Assembly (NCBI RefSeq): GCF_046119375.1
Contig: NW_027362767.1
Span: forward strand, 403,868,001-403,932,000
Length of the DNA: 64,000 nucleotides
Origin: Phyllobates terribilis
Taxonomy: Eukaryota
Reading direction: 5' to 3'
Positions 11,918 to 23,599 of this stretch are shown piece by piece. Under the pieces are notes generated by a model. It worked only from the letters and a program-made list of their open reading frames with translations, was not told the DNA's origin and ran no database searches. Positions within the stretch are counted from its first letter, which is position 1; each line of letters opens with the position of its first letter. The position numbers and the translations under genes are program-made.

Positions 11918-13253
11918 GGCTATGTTCACACACATTGTTTTTTTCTGCTGTAAATCTTTTCTCTGGCAGGAAAACAGCTGCGTCAATAATGCTGGTTTTC
12001 CTGTGTGTTTTGATGCGTTTTTGAGGCATTTTTTTCACTGTCCTTCTGTCTCTATTTATGAATGTACATAAAGTTCTGTGAAAAAAAATCCCATTTTGCC
12101 ATCAAAAACGCTGAAAAAAAACGCAGGTGAGTTTTTTGCTGCGTTTTTTTTCACCACTCATTACTTCCTATGGGTGAAAAAACGCTGAAGGAAGTGACAT
12201 GTTCTATTTTCCAAAAACCCAACAAAGGCACAAAACTCTGAACAAAAACAAAACAAAACAACAAGATGTGTGAACAGAGAATTCTGGTTTCTCATAGACT
12301 TTGAGGGTACTGCAAAACACAGCTGCAAACTTACATAAAAATCTGCTGAAAAACACAACGTGTGAACACCTAAGGCTATGTGCCCACGATGCAGAAATGC
12401 TCCAGATTTTTCCTGAGCGTTTCTGCATCTCCCTGGCAGAAAAAAAACGCATGCGGATTGTACATGCGGATTGTACATGTGTTTTTCCCGCCAGGTAGAA
12501 GCGTTTGTCAAGCGTTTTTGCATGCATTTCTGCATGCAGGTTATCAAGCGCTTTCCAAGCGATTTTAGCATCACTTGGAAAGTGCTTGACAACTTGGTCA
12601 CACTATATAAATCCATGCAACCGGCATGGATTTATATAGTGTGACCGAAAGAATGGTAAGAAATAAATTTTATACTTACCTTCTGATGGCCCCCGGTGTC
12701 TAGCAGTGGTCTAAAAGGACCTGCCATGATGTCATTTAGTCATGTGACGGGTCACGCGACCGCCGACATCAGTGGACTATATGACGTCATGGAAGGTCTT
12801 TTTAGACCATCGCAAACTGCCGGTAAGCCAGGATGGGTCGCTATGGAGACCAGGGGCCATCAGAAGGTAAGTATAATGTATATTTTTTATTTTATTCTTT
12901 TTTTTTTTTTACAGGTACTATGGTACCCGGGTCCGGAGGAACGTCTCCTCTTCTCCAAACCCGGGTACCATCCGCACATTGAACCGCATGATATCCGTAT
13001 GTGCACATGTAGTGATGCAGATATTATGCGATTTAATGCAAGTCAATGGTGGTGAAAACGCCAAAATAATTGGTAGTGCTGTGGATTTTTCCGCAATGAT
13101 AATCCGCAGCGGAAATTTCTGCAGCATGTGCACAGCACATGCGGATTATCATTGGGGAACATGGCAGGCCTTCTACCATGCGTTTTTTAAGCGTTTCTGC
13201 AGTGGAATTGCCGCTGCGGAAATGCTTAAAAAACGTATAGTGGGCACACAGCC
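11918..13253. mobile_element. Two adjacent Harbinger-like MITEs (about 11918-12370 and 12374-13253)
   Basis: GGCTATGTTCACAC and GGCTATGTGCCCACG left ends; GTGGGCACACAGCC right end; the second resembles the 8653-9498 element. Confidence 0.65.
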
Positions 13254-14289
13254 TTAGGGTTGTGTGTGAATATATATTGTATTGTGTATAAATTGATGTT
13301 TCTAAAAAAAAAGTTATTAAACAGTTAGAAAAATAAAAATTTGAGGTTTTTTTTACTAAAAATAGTGCATAAAAGCGTAAAAAAAATTGTAAACAAAAAA
13401 GGTGAAGAGTAAAAATAACTAGTAAAAAAAAAAAAATTAGAAATAGTAAAAACTGTAAAAAAAAAAGTTAAATGGTAAAATAAAACTAAAAAAATAAAGG
13501 TGAAAAAGTAAAACAAATAGTAAAGAAATAGTAAACATTGTAAAAAAAATAAAAAGGAGAAAAAGTAAAAAAAAAGTAAAAGTTGTATAAGAAAAAAATG
13601 TTTTTTGTTTCTGATTCTATCCCTGCCCTTTTTTATATGCATGGAGCCGCTTGTATTCTGCGCAGCGAATTGACGTTATTAATGTTATTTTGCAATACGT
13701 ATGACGTTTTCATTACTTTTTGTTGCATATTTTTTGGGGGAAGTTTAGCAACTGGAATTCTGGAGTTTTGGTTATTTTTAACCACTCAGCGTACGGTTAG
13801 TTTAAATAATTTTTTTTATTTGGATAAATTGTACTTTTACAGACACAATGATACCAAATATGTGTTTGTTACTCTAAGACTAGGCGGTGATTAAGACTTG
13901 CTTTTTAATGTCGCTTTAATTTTGTAATTTAGAGGACTTGATCCTGCGCTCGTTTGCTTGTTCTGCACTTCTCAACATTGAGGCTGTGTGCCCACGATGC
14001 CGAATTGAAGTTGAAATTCCGCATGCGGAATTTCACCCACAGTTTTTACGCGATTTTTCATGCAAATTTGCCATGCGCTTTTCCAATGCATTGGAAATAG
14101 TCAATTCCGCATTCATAAATGCACTATTAATGGTCTTGCTGCGGATTTCACGGCAATGCGAATCCGGAGCGGAAATTTCTGCATCATGTGCACAGCACAT
14201 GCGGATTTGCAGTGACGTCGCCATCCTCCATAAATCCATCACTTTCTTCCTTCTCTGTGTTACAATTTCATTGTTGATGAATGTATATA

Positions 14290-15574
14290 CGAGGGGCGAT
14301 CCAAAAGTAATGATAATCAATACTAAACACAATGAATATAGTAAAAAAAAATAATTATTTTTCTACATAGTCTCCTAACAAGTCTATACATTTAGTCCAT
14401 CTCTTTTCTAAACTTAGAATTCCCTTTGAAAAAAATTCTTGATCTTGACCCTCAAAAAAATCCCCAACAGCGGTTATCACGTCGCTATTGTCGTCAAATT
14501 TCTTGCCCCGGAGGTGTTCCTTGAGCCGAGGAAAGAGATAGAAGTCACTGGGGGCTAGATCTGGTGAATGGGGGGGTGTTCCATCACTTCAAAGCCCGCT
14601 TCTTGAATGGTAGCCATGGCAACTGCAGCTTTGTCAGCCGGCGCGTTATCTTTGTGAAACAGCACTCCAGCCCGCAGTTTGCCGCGCCTTTTCTCCTTGA
14701 TAGCCTCCCGCAATCTTCTTATTTGTTCTGCGTAGTAGGAGCCCGTAATAGTGGCTCCCTTCTCTAATTAGTCCACCATAATAATTCCTTCAGCGTCCCA
14801 AAAAACGGACGCCATAACCTTCCCTGCTGAGCTTGACACTTTGAATTTCTTCGGCGTCGGTTCGTTGGCTCGTTTCCATGTCATCGATTGTTGTTTCGGG
14901 ATCAAAGTGGTGGATCCGGGTCTTGTCCATGGTCAAAAAACGTGACAAAAAATTCTCCTTGTCTGCTTGGAACTTTTCGAGATCTGCTATTGAAATGTCA
15001 ACTCGTTTCTTCTTTTGCTCGTCGGTTAACATTTTTGGCACCCAACGCGCCGAGACCTTTCTCATATGCAATTCTTTTGCAAGGATTCTTTGAATACTGC
15101 CATATGAGATCCCTGTGACCTCAGCTACATGCCTGATAGTCACTCTTCGATCTGCCAATACAACTTCAACTTTTTTCACGTTTTCTTCATTGAGGGACGT
15201 GGATGGGCGTCCTTCACGATGTTCATCTTCCGTCGATGTTCTTCCCAGCTTAAATTCCTTGGCCCAGCGTGCAACTGTGGAATATGGAGGAGAAGAGTCC
15301 CCCAATGTTTCCACCAAGTCGCTGTGTATGTCTTTGGTAGTCATTTTTTTCAAGCAGAGGTATTTGATGACAGCTCTGAGCTCATTTTTTTCCATTTTGA
15401 TGTTCACTCCTCGGCAGTTCTTATTCAAATGAATGTAGCTCCCGGGAATCGTGGCCTATTTAAGTGATTTTTTTTCCTGGACTAGTGGGTACCTAAGAGA
15501 GAGGAAAACATTTTATTTTAATTTCTGTGTGCAATAGAAATAACCGATTATCATTACTTTTGGATCGCCCCTCG
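14290..15574 (-). mobile_element. mariner transposon (irritans/Himar1-like), full length
   Basis: 29-bp perfect TIRs CGAGGGGCGATCCAAAAGTAATGATAATC, TA TSDs, transposase remnant on minus strand. Confidence 0.95.
14355..15428 (-). pseudogene. mariner transposase (DD34D) with frameshifts and a stop
   Basis: MEKNELRAVIKY..., WVPKML, TMD, KVMASVFWDAEG, HKDNAP, SPDLAPSDFYLF, ending GDYVEK*; frame breaks near 14890 and 14570. Confidence 0.9.
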
Positions 15575-15988
15575 TAGTGTCGTATATTGGAAAAATGACT
15601 AATCTCCTCTGAAGCCCAGTCACAGGAGTAACAAGATGACGGTGAAGGTGGTCTTCAGCAGGTTCCCCTCTATCATGGACACCCGCCGATCTTGTGAACA
15701 TCGGAATGATTGTCCTAAGGCAAATTTTTTTCTTTTTTTTAACACTTCTAATCAGAATCCCTCCGTACTGTTGCCTGCGTCACTGCTGGATTCCGGTCTT
15801 CTACTTCCAGCAGACGGCATCGGATGACTGCTGCAGCCAATCACTGGCCACTGATTGGCTGCAGCGGTTACCTGATGTCACCTGCTAGAAGACTAAGCAG
15901 GGACTTCCAGATTTTGCCGTGTGCTGGTGTGTGATTATTTGCACTGACGTGAGTTTCTCTCTTGCAGGTGATGTCTCTTTGACCCAAC

Positions 15989-16037
15989 ATGTCCCTTGCA
16001 GGAATTCGGAGCCTGGTCTCCTTACCTTGGAGATGGG
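15989..16037 (+). CDS. MRPS12: MRPS12 first coding exon (presequence MSLAGIRSLVSLPWRW)
   Basis: Acceptor TTGCAG at 15967, ATG 15989, 49 coding nt, donor GTAGGT at 16038; phase 1 joins in frame to the next exon. Confidence 0.85.
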
Positions 16038-16489
16038 GTAGGTTGATTTTTACGTGCTGGTCTTGCTCAGTTTAGTAGCAACTCTAGTTTCTAGGACAGG
16101 ACCCATCAGCTTGTCGGCCATATTGGCCTATAGGGGGCTAATTTAGGTGGCACCCATAGGACCTCCCTGTATCAGCACTAGATCCGGTCATTCCTCCTTT
16201 GTCCCACCGGACCATTGAGTGTAAATGATGGGGGTCAGATAAAGTAACAGGATGCTGGGAAGTCATCAGTGAGGAGGAAGTAGCTTGCTTCTCCTCTTGA
16301 GCTTCAGTATATCTGCCTGCAGAAAGCTGTGTGGAGTCTGCAGAAAGGACACGACTTGCCTGCTGCTTCATTGTAGGAATCGGTGGTGGACACATCAGTC
16401 AGACCTCTGACGATCAATTTCTGGAAGCCGATCCTAGCCTTAATGGGTGAATTATAGTCTAAGTGAATCTCCTGTCTTATTTTATTTAG

Positions 16490-16866
16490 GTTCTTCACTT
16501 TTCCGTCCCGCCATCCCTTCTTTGGTGCACTCGCGTAGCATGGCCACATTGAATCAGATGCACAGAGCCGGCCGTCCCAAGAAACCTCCTCCCAAACTGG
16601 GACCTTTGGGTGGAAATCCGCAGCTTAAGGGCGTTGTTTTGAAGACCATGATCCGCAAGCCTAAAAAACCCAACTCTGCCAACCGCAAGTGCGCCCGCGT
16701 TCGGCTCAGCAACGGCAAGGAGGTGATATGCTTTATACCAGGAGAGGGACACAATCTGCAGGAACATAACATCGTCCTGGTGGAGGGCGGCCGCACACAG
16801 GATCTCCCTGGGGTCAAGCTGAAAATTGTCCGAGGAAAATATGACTGTGCCCATGTGAAGAAGTAA
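16490..16866 (+). CDS. MRPS12: Mitochondrial ribosomal protein uS12m, last exon
   Basis: [32 protein letters not shown] and RGKYDC S12 signatures; TTTAG acceptor at 16489; TAA stop. Confidence 0.97.
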
Positions 16867-17049
16867 TGGTGGCTGCCCCTGAGGCTATCATGGCTCCTGT
16901 GTGTCCTGAGCCCCAGCAGAAAACTGTGCACTGTAGGGGCTGGTCACAGCCACACGAGTCAAGAGTTACTGGGTCCATCTAGAGGAAGCGTGCAAGCCTC
17001 GGTGACATTACCTGCTGATGTATTTTTGTGTCTGATATTTTCCATGTAA

Positions 17050-17055
17050 AATAAA
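17050..17055 (+). terminator. Polyadenylation signal of MRPS12
   Basis: AATAAA about 185 nt after the stop, followed by GT-rich sequence. Confidence 0.7.
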
Positions 17056-18232
17056 CTTTGTATATGGGAAACCAGAATGTATTATCCTATGTGTATAATC
17101 TGGCTACAGAGAGTACCTCCTAGTGGTGACTCCATGCGGTTCCTTGTATGTGGATTCACATCTACCCCATGTAGGGGGATTTGGTGCTGTGTACCATAAA
17201 AAAAAATGCTGTGACAACAAATATGAACATCTTGTATTATACTCCAGAGCTGCACTCACTATTCTGCTGGTGGAGTGTCAGTGTACTTACAGTTCAGGTA
17301 AAGTCTACACACCCCTATTAAAATGCCAGCTTTTTGTATTGTAAAACAAATCACTTTTTTTGATCTTTAATGTCCTCCATCATCTGTACAAATCCATTGA
17401 AAGACAAATCTTTTCGGAAGGAAAAAATAAAGGACTAAAATAATGTGGTTGCATAAATCTGCAAACCCTTAGTTTAATACTTTGTGGAACTACCCTTTGA
17501 ATGTTTGACAGCATTCAGTATTGTGGAGTCTGAGTCCATCAGCACGGCACGTCTAGAACTGGCAATCTTTGTATTTCCTGTGTACAGCGCCCTCTTCAGG
17601 TCATCCACAGATTGGCTTAAAATCTGGGCCATTCCAAAACTTAAATCTTCTGGTGCAGCCATTTTTTTTTTTTTTTTTTTATTGGGAGGTCGCTTTGGGT
17701 CATTGTTGTGCTGAAAGGTTCATCTTCAGCTTTTTAGCAGAGGCCTGAAGGTTTTGTTGCAATATTGACTGACTGATATTTAGAACTGTTTCCTGCACTT
17801 TGACCAAAACCCAAGGTCCAGCTACCAAAAAAACAGCCCCAAAGCACAACACTGCCTCCACCATGCTTCACTGTGTGTATGCTGTTCTTTTGGTGAAGTA
17901 CAGTGTTTGCTTTGCTCCTTTTTGAATTCTGACTAATGTTCAGCCTTGCTCTCATCAGACCATAATACGTTTTCCCCACATGCTTTTGGCAGATTTGATG
18001 TATGTTTTGTCACCGCTGTGCAAAATTTTAGCCACTTCTTGATGTCTTCACACTGTGCATGGTTATATCGGATGCCTTGGAAATTTTGGACCCTGCTCCT
18101 GACTGATAACTGTCAGCAATGCAATGGCCTTTGCTGTGTTGTCAGCTGTTTATGAACCATGGCTTTCACTGTAAAATGCAACTAAGAAAATGTCAGGAAC
18201 ATCTTCCTAGTATAGCAAAACTTTCACTGTTA

Positions 18233-18434
18233 GGCCACGGCCCCACTATCAGTATTCGGTCAGTATTTTTTCTCAGGAGTGGGAGCCAAAACCAGGAGTG
18301 GGTGATAAATGCAGAGTTGGTGACTTGTTTCTATTCTACCTTTTCTGATTGTTCCTCACCTGGTTTTGGCTCCCACTCCTGAGAAAAAATACTGATCAGA
18401 TACTGACCAAATACTGATAGTGGGGCCCGTAGCC
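18233..18434. mobile_element. Palindromic Harbinger MITE
   Basis: GGCCACGGCCCCACTA / TAGTGGGGCCCGTAGCC termini, TTA duplicated on both sides. Confidence 0.75.
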
Positions 18435-18654
18435 TTACAGAGGTAATCAGAATGGCTGTAAATGATGGTGACCGTGTACCGACTACTTTGTAACATGAGT
18501 GTACATGTGATTGGCCACCTCGGAACACAACCACATCCCCACAAATAAAAGGGTTTTCACACTTAAGCAAATGCAATCACATTATTTTACATTTTTTCCC
18601 CTAAAAACACTGTTTTTCAATAGATATGTACAGATTATCGGTGGCATTAAAGGT

Positions 18655-18999
18655 CTGCAAGCTATGTCCTATGAGGAACGGTTAGCTTAGAAAAAAGGCT
18701 AAGAGGAGACTTAATAGCTGAAGGTCACAGTGTAGAGGGATCGTCCTTATTCTCATTTACACATGGAAACACCAGAAGCAATGAGATGAAACTGAAAGGG
18801 AGAAGATACAGATTAGATATTAGAAAAAACTTTTTGACAGGGTGATCAATGAGTAGAACAGGCGGCCACGAGAGGTGGTGAGTTCTCCTTCACACAGAGG
18901 CTGGACAGACATCTGTCTGAGATGGTTTAGTGAATCCTGCATTGAGCAGGGGGTTGGACCAGATGACCCAGGAGGTCCCTTCCAACGAGAACATTCTAT
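18655..18999 (+). mobile_element. CR1 LINE 3' fragment
   Basis: Typical CR1 end: AGGCTAAGAGGAGACTTAATAG, TTAGATATTAGAAAAAACTTTTT, GGTTGGACCAGATGACC..GAGGTCCCTTCCAAC, terminal ATTCTATG. Confidence 0.85.
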
Positions 19000-19403
19000 G
19001 GTGGAAAAAACTAAAATTGGTAAGATTTTTTTGCATGACAAAATCCTAACATTTTAACAGGGGTTTGTAGACTTTAAATCCACTGTATATTACATTACTG
19101 ATCCCGAGTTACCTCCTGTATTATCCTCCAGAGCAGCATTTATAGTTCCTCTGGTTGCAGCAGTTTTGCAGTCACTCTGTACAGTAGTATTTAGAGCTCG
19201 TAGTTTTGTTTCCTCGTACACTTTAAGTTTTGGGTTTTATAACTAAAATTTGCTTTATTTAAAAGAGTTCTGTGCAGAAATGTAAAATTCTATCATTTAA
19301 AAACCGCTTGTATCCGTACATGTACAGTATATATGTGATAGTGTAAAATATTCGCAGTGTTATAAAATACACATGGTCCAGGGCTCCAGGTGACACGTTG
19401 GGC

Positions 19404-19559
19404 TTATCTACAGGGCTCGAGGTGGAGACACTTCACGGTGACGGATGAGTTTGTGATCCGAGCTCCGTACCATCCATTCCAGAATTTTGTGTCTTTACCT
19501 TTGTGACAAAACTTCACGTATCGGACACCGGGCCCATATTTATGGAATTCATAGGAAAC
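19404..19559 (-). CDS. FBA-family F-box lectin paralogue A (FBXO17/FBXO27-like), last exon
   Basis: VSYEFHKYGPGVRYVKFCHKGKDTKFWNGWYGARITNSSV matches the FBA domain C-terminus; CAG acceptor. Confidence 0.92.
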   Translation of the reverse strand, partial: VSYEFHKYGPGVRYVKFCHKGKDTKFWNGWYGARITNSSVTVKCLHLEPCR

Positions 19560-19802
19560 CTGAAGAGACAAAATCACAAGTGACCGGATATTACTAAACA
19601 TACAAGAAAGAAGAAGTCGCCCGTAGAGGGTGACCCAGCATTCTCACAGGAACCGCAAATGTAGGGGGCGGCTGATGGGCTCATTAGAATAGCTAAACCA
19701 GCCCCCTTCTGTGTGTCCAATATCAGTGAAATGGGTCCGGCTTAGCAATTCCCATGAGCAGTCAGTATCCGCTTCACTATATATGATCTGACTATATCCT
19801 AC

Positions 19803-19941
19803 CTGGCGATATCGCGTGTCGTTCCACTGGGGGATGGGTTCGGGGGCCGAAGAAAACTCCTTTAGCACAGTTTGTTTATTTGCCGCCAAGAGTTGCACTT
19901 TTATTTTGTAGACACATCCACAATTATGTCGTCCGGCGTAC
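19803..19941 (-). CDS. F-box lectin paralogue A, coding exon 4
   Basis: WYAGRHNCGCVYKIKVQLL...PEPIPQWND; 139 nt, TAG/GTAGGA boundaries, phase 2/0. Confidence 0.92.
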
Positions 19942-20309
19942 CTACAGGAAAGGACCCGGGCGTCAGCACTTATGTTTTCTAGGGCGGATTTACACTTGTA
20001 CACACTTCAGTATATATGTACCATATATATGTCCATCAGAGCCGAGGGGTGACCACATAATTATTCAATGAGAACAGTGTCATAAGTCACTTCCCCACCT
20101 CTGCGGCAATAAACTTGTAAAGTTTATTTTTTTCTTTCAATAAATTATAAAAAAAAAAAAATAAAGTGGTAAAAAGAAATGAAATATAAATAAATGAAAT
20201 ATAAAATATAAGTTAAATATATTCTACTTAACTTATATTTTAGATTTATAATTAACTTACAAAATATAAGTTACATAAAAAATAAATTAAATATAAATAT
20301 AAAAATGTA

Positions 20310-21342
20310 CCGTATTTTTCGGACTATAAGACGCACTTTTCTCAAATTTTGGAGGAAAATGGGGGGTGCGTTTTATAGTCCAAATGTTGGGGGGGGGGGG
20401 GTGTGGGGGGAGCGGTTGTGGCAGAAGAGCGGGGCACAGGAGGCTGCAGCCTACACTGTCCCCGCTGCTAAAGAAAATGAATATTCACTGCTCCCCAAGC
20501 CCATGGACGTGGTGAGGGGGTGAATATTCATGCCCTTTAACAGCGGGTACACGAGATAGCCCGGCAGCAGCAGGAGCCGCGGCTACGCTGTGTGCTAGCT
20601 ATTAAGGAGCATGAAGTCACTGCTCCCCGCGCACACAATCCCGGCGTGGGGAGCAGTGACTTCCGCCAGCTGATCTCTCCTTGTGAGCCGCGCATGGCAG
20701 TGACGCCATGCGCGGCTCACATGGCGAGATCAGTGCGGGCAGACAGGACGCAGCGCTGGAGGAGAGGTGAGTAGTAGTGGTTTTTTTTTTATGTGATGCG
20801 TGATGGGGATTAGGGGTGCCATGCATACCAGGGTAAGGATGGGGGGCCATACATAACAGGATAAAGATGAGGGGCCACACATACCAGGATAAGGATGAGG
20901 GGTTGCCATGCATACCAGGATAAGGATGAGAGGGCCATACATACCAGGATAGGGATTAGGGTTGCCATGCATACCAGAATAGGGATGAGGGGTGCCATGC
21001 ATACCAGGATAAGGAAGAGGGGTGCCATGCATACCAGGATAAGGAAGAGGGGTGCTATGCATAACAGGATAAGGATGAGGGGTTCCATGCATACCAGGAT
21101 GGAGGGATGCCAGCAGGATGGGGATGGGGACCACGTATAAAAGGAAGGGGGGCATATATACCAGGATGGGGGATATTGTCAGAATTGGGGGACATTACCC
21201 CTATACCAGTGTCAGCAGCTGACCCCCTCCCCCTTAAAAGCATCGTGACCACATTTTTTGCTCAATTTTTTTTTTATTTTCCTCCTCTAAAACCTAGGTG
21301 CGTCTTATGGTCCGGTGCGTCTTATAGTCCGAAAAAATACAG
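20310..21342. mobile_element. Tc1/pogo-type MITE with internal ~30-bp tandem repeats
   Basis: TIR CCGTATTTTTCGGACTATAAGACGCAC / GTGCGTCTTATAGTCCGAAAAAATACAG, TA TSD; GCCATGCATACCAGGATAAGG repeats at about 20810-21110. Confidence 0.85.
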
Positions 21343-22065
21343 TAATTTATTTTTATATTTAATTTATATTTATTTCTATTTAAAAATAAATTAAATATGT
21401 ATTTTTATTTATTTTTTTCGGGAGGGGTTAGTTTACAATTTTTTATTCTTTGGGGGGAAAAAAGGCAATTCTGGTGATTGATTTTTTTTTAGCGTTTACT
21501 TTATGGGATAAATACTTGGATATTTTATTACCTCAGGCAATTCTATTTTTTTTTTCTTTTACATTTTGCCATCTCCATAGTGGATTTAATTATTATTTTT
21601 TTATTACATTTTTAATGATTCCCCTTGGACTCCATTGCTTGGAGGATTTGAACCTGCGATTTGTAGTATTGAAATGCATTGGTTAAAACGACCCACACGC
21701 CACCCTTCCTAGGAGTTCTACTATGGCAGAACTAGGGGGCTTCAGCAGGCCCCGCGCTGACGTGACAATCCATCGGCATCCCGCCATCTTGTTGTGCAGG
21801 GGGGCTGATGGCTGTCAAAATTGAAGATTCCGATGTTGAAGCCTTTTTGCAAGAGCAGCATTTAAGAGGTTAAACTTCTGCAGTCAGAGCCGGCTCCTAT
21901 CACATCAGATAGTTTTTGGTGCCAACTGTACAACACTGCTGCCACCTGTGCTGTATGGAGCCGGTCCATGCAAGCAATGCGTAAACCCGGAGAACATGTA
22001 CGGCGGATGCCGCCAAATAATTCATAACTTTTTAAACTTTGTGCAAAGTGAAGATCATAACCCAC

Positions 22066-22161
22066 CAGTCAGATATGCAGATGCAGGGCTGGTGCACGTC
22101 CAGGAAATGCTCAGACAGTCCTTCCTGTAACAGGTCTATGATCTGAAACTTCTTGCACCAG
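22066..22161 (-). CDS. F-box lectin paralogue A, coding exon 3
   Basis: WCKKFQIIDLLQEGLSEHFLDVHQPCICISDW; 96 nt, canonical sites, phase 2/2. Confidence 0.92.
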
Positions 22162-22452
22162 CTGTAGAGAGAGGTATACGGTTAACATGCACCAGGACGC
22201 TCAGACTTCTGCAAATAAACAAGCAGCGATTGTTTGCTTTTATGACCCATTCACAAGGGGCCGATACAAAAGGACTTTTAGCCGCCATATTGGTCTGCAG
22301 CACGTCCCCTGTTTACAATGTGCTGCCGACGATTTAATGGCCGGCATGAACAGAGGCATGTGTACACGGGCCGGCGATCGGGATCAGGCATGGTTATGAA
22401 CTCGCCCTTCTATGGTCCTTTAGTTACAGCAGAAGGCCGAGAGATTACTCAC

Positions 22453-22564
22453 ATGAATGAGGTGACGAAGCAGATTTGTTGTTCTGCACCTTCTAAAACC
22501 GAAAGGTTGCTCTCCACCCCCCATCCAAGCGCTCCGTGTATAACGTTCCAGTGAGACATTATTT
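22453..22564 (-). CDS. F-box lectin paralogue A, coding exon 2
   Basis: EIMSHWNVIHGALGWGVESN...ICFVTSF; 112 nt, phase 1/2. Confidence 0.9.
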
Positions 22565-22677
22565 CTGCAGTAAACGGAAATATAAAATTATTATCTTATG
22601 GAAGACGACCACCTGCTCCAATGGGAAGGGGTTAATACAGTTCGGTACAAGAAAGTGGCCGAGTCTCACAGCCTCAC

Positions 22678-23032
22678 CTGCACCAAAGGGATTTCGCAAC
22701 AGGTTCCTTGAAAATGGCGTCTTCACATAAACCTTCTGCCAGGAGAAGGAACGACACTTTTCAGCCATAAGGAGAATCTCTTTTTTATGTTCTCGCTCAC
22801 ACTTTATCCTCCATAGGGAGGGCAAGTCCACCAGACGCCTCCAGCGCCGGCTCACCAGTCTACAGCGGAGGACCAGCTCCCGCGCCGGTACGAAGCTGAG
22901 GATCAAGAGGAGGATCTCCTCCGGGAAAGGCTCCAGGTCCATGAAAAATGCCACATGTTGTAGCGAGGGTATTGGCATGTAAGGTACCAGAAGCCAAGCT
23001 GGCGGTAGTGCCGGGAAGAAGCCGTGCCTCAT
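22678..23032 (-). CDS. F-box lectin paralogue A, coding exon 1 (F-box)
   Basis: LEPFPEEILLLILSFVPARELVLRCRLVSRRWRRLVD F-box and RNLLRNP; acceptor at 23050, donor at 22677. Five exons give an open 285-aa ORF; start codon choice uncertain. Confidence 0.9.
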
Positions 23033-23599
23033 AGGAAAGTGAGCGTAGCCTGCAAGACGGAGGAAATAGAAATCAACTGCATAAAAGCTACCGCAATATT
23101 TGGCCATTACATGGCACACTGCTCAGAGTTGGGTCTCCGCCAAAGCTGATCTTGCAAAGACCTTAGTTCTCGTGATCACATGATGGGCGCTATATGGTCA
23201 GTCCGCAGTTACCGGATGGGTGATAGAGCCTCGCTCAGACACACACTGGCCTTATCAGGCTTTTATCTCAGGAGGACTGTGAGCTAGACTGGCAAAGGTG
23301 GCGATATACACAGGACTGAATCACATGCACAGTTCCATAGATGAAAAGGTAGAGGAGAAACCCTACTCCTCCTTTAATATAGAGTCCCATCGAAAAACAT
23401 CATTCCACACCTTTCAGCCCCCTTCAGTATACAGTCCCTTATAAATAAAATCAAAATACAGTCCTATGTAAACATCATTCCCTTCCGACCCCTCCAACAT
23501 AGAGTCCTATGTGAACAACATTACTTCTCACCATTCAACTCTCTGCAACATACAATTGCATGTTACAAAAAAAGGAAAAGAAATTACAAACCAACCGTG

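Larger units (their letters stand above)
17290..19085. mobile_element. Degenerate Tc1 derivative inserted into an 86-bp satellite remnant
   Basis: Imperfect TIRs CAGTTCAGGTAAAGTCTACACACCCCT / AGGGGTTTGTAGACTTTAAATCCACTG with TA flanks; satellite sequence continues on both sides. Confidence 0.7.

Noticed and set aside
13320-13610. A-rich block giving Phe/Lys-rich ORFs
   Set aside because: Low-complexity internal sequence of a MITE.
16447-16866. Bacterial or organellar rps12 insertion
   Set aside because: Spliced nuclear gene with presequence exon, poly(A) signal and conserved SARS2 linkage; it is MRPS12.
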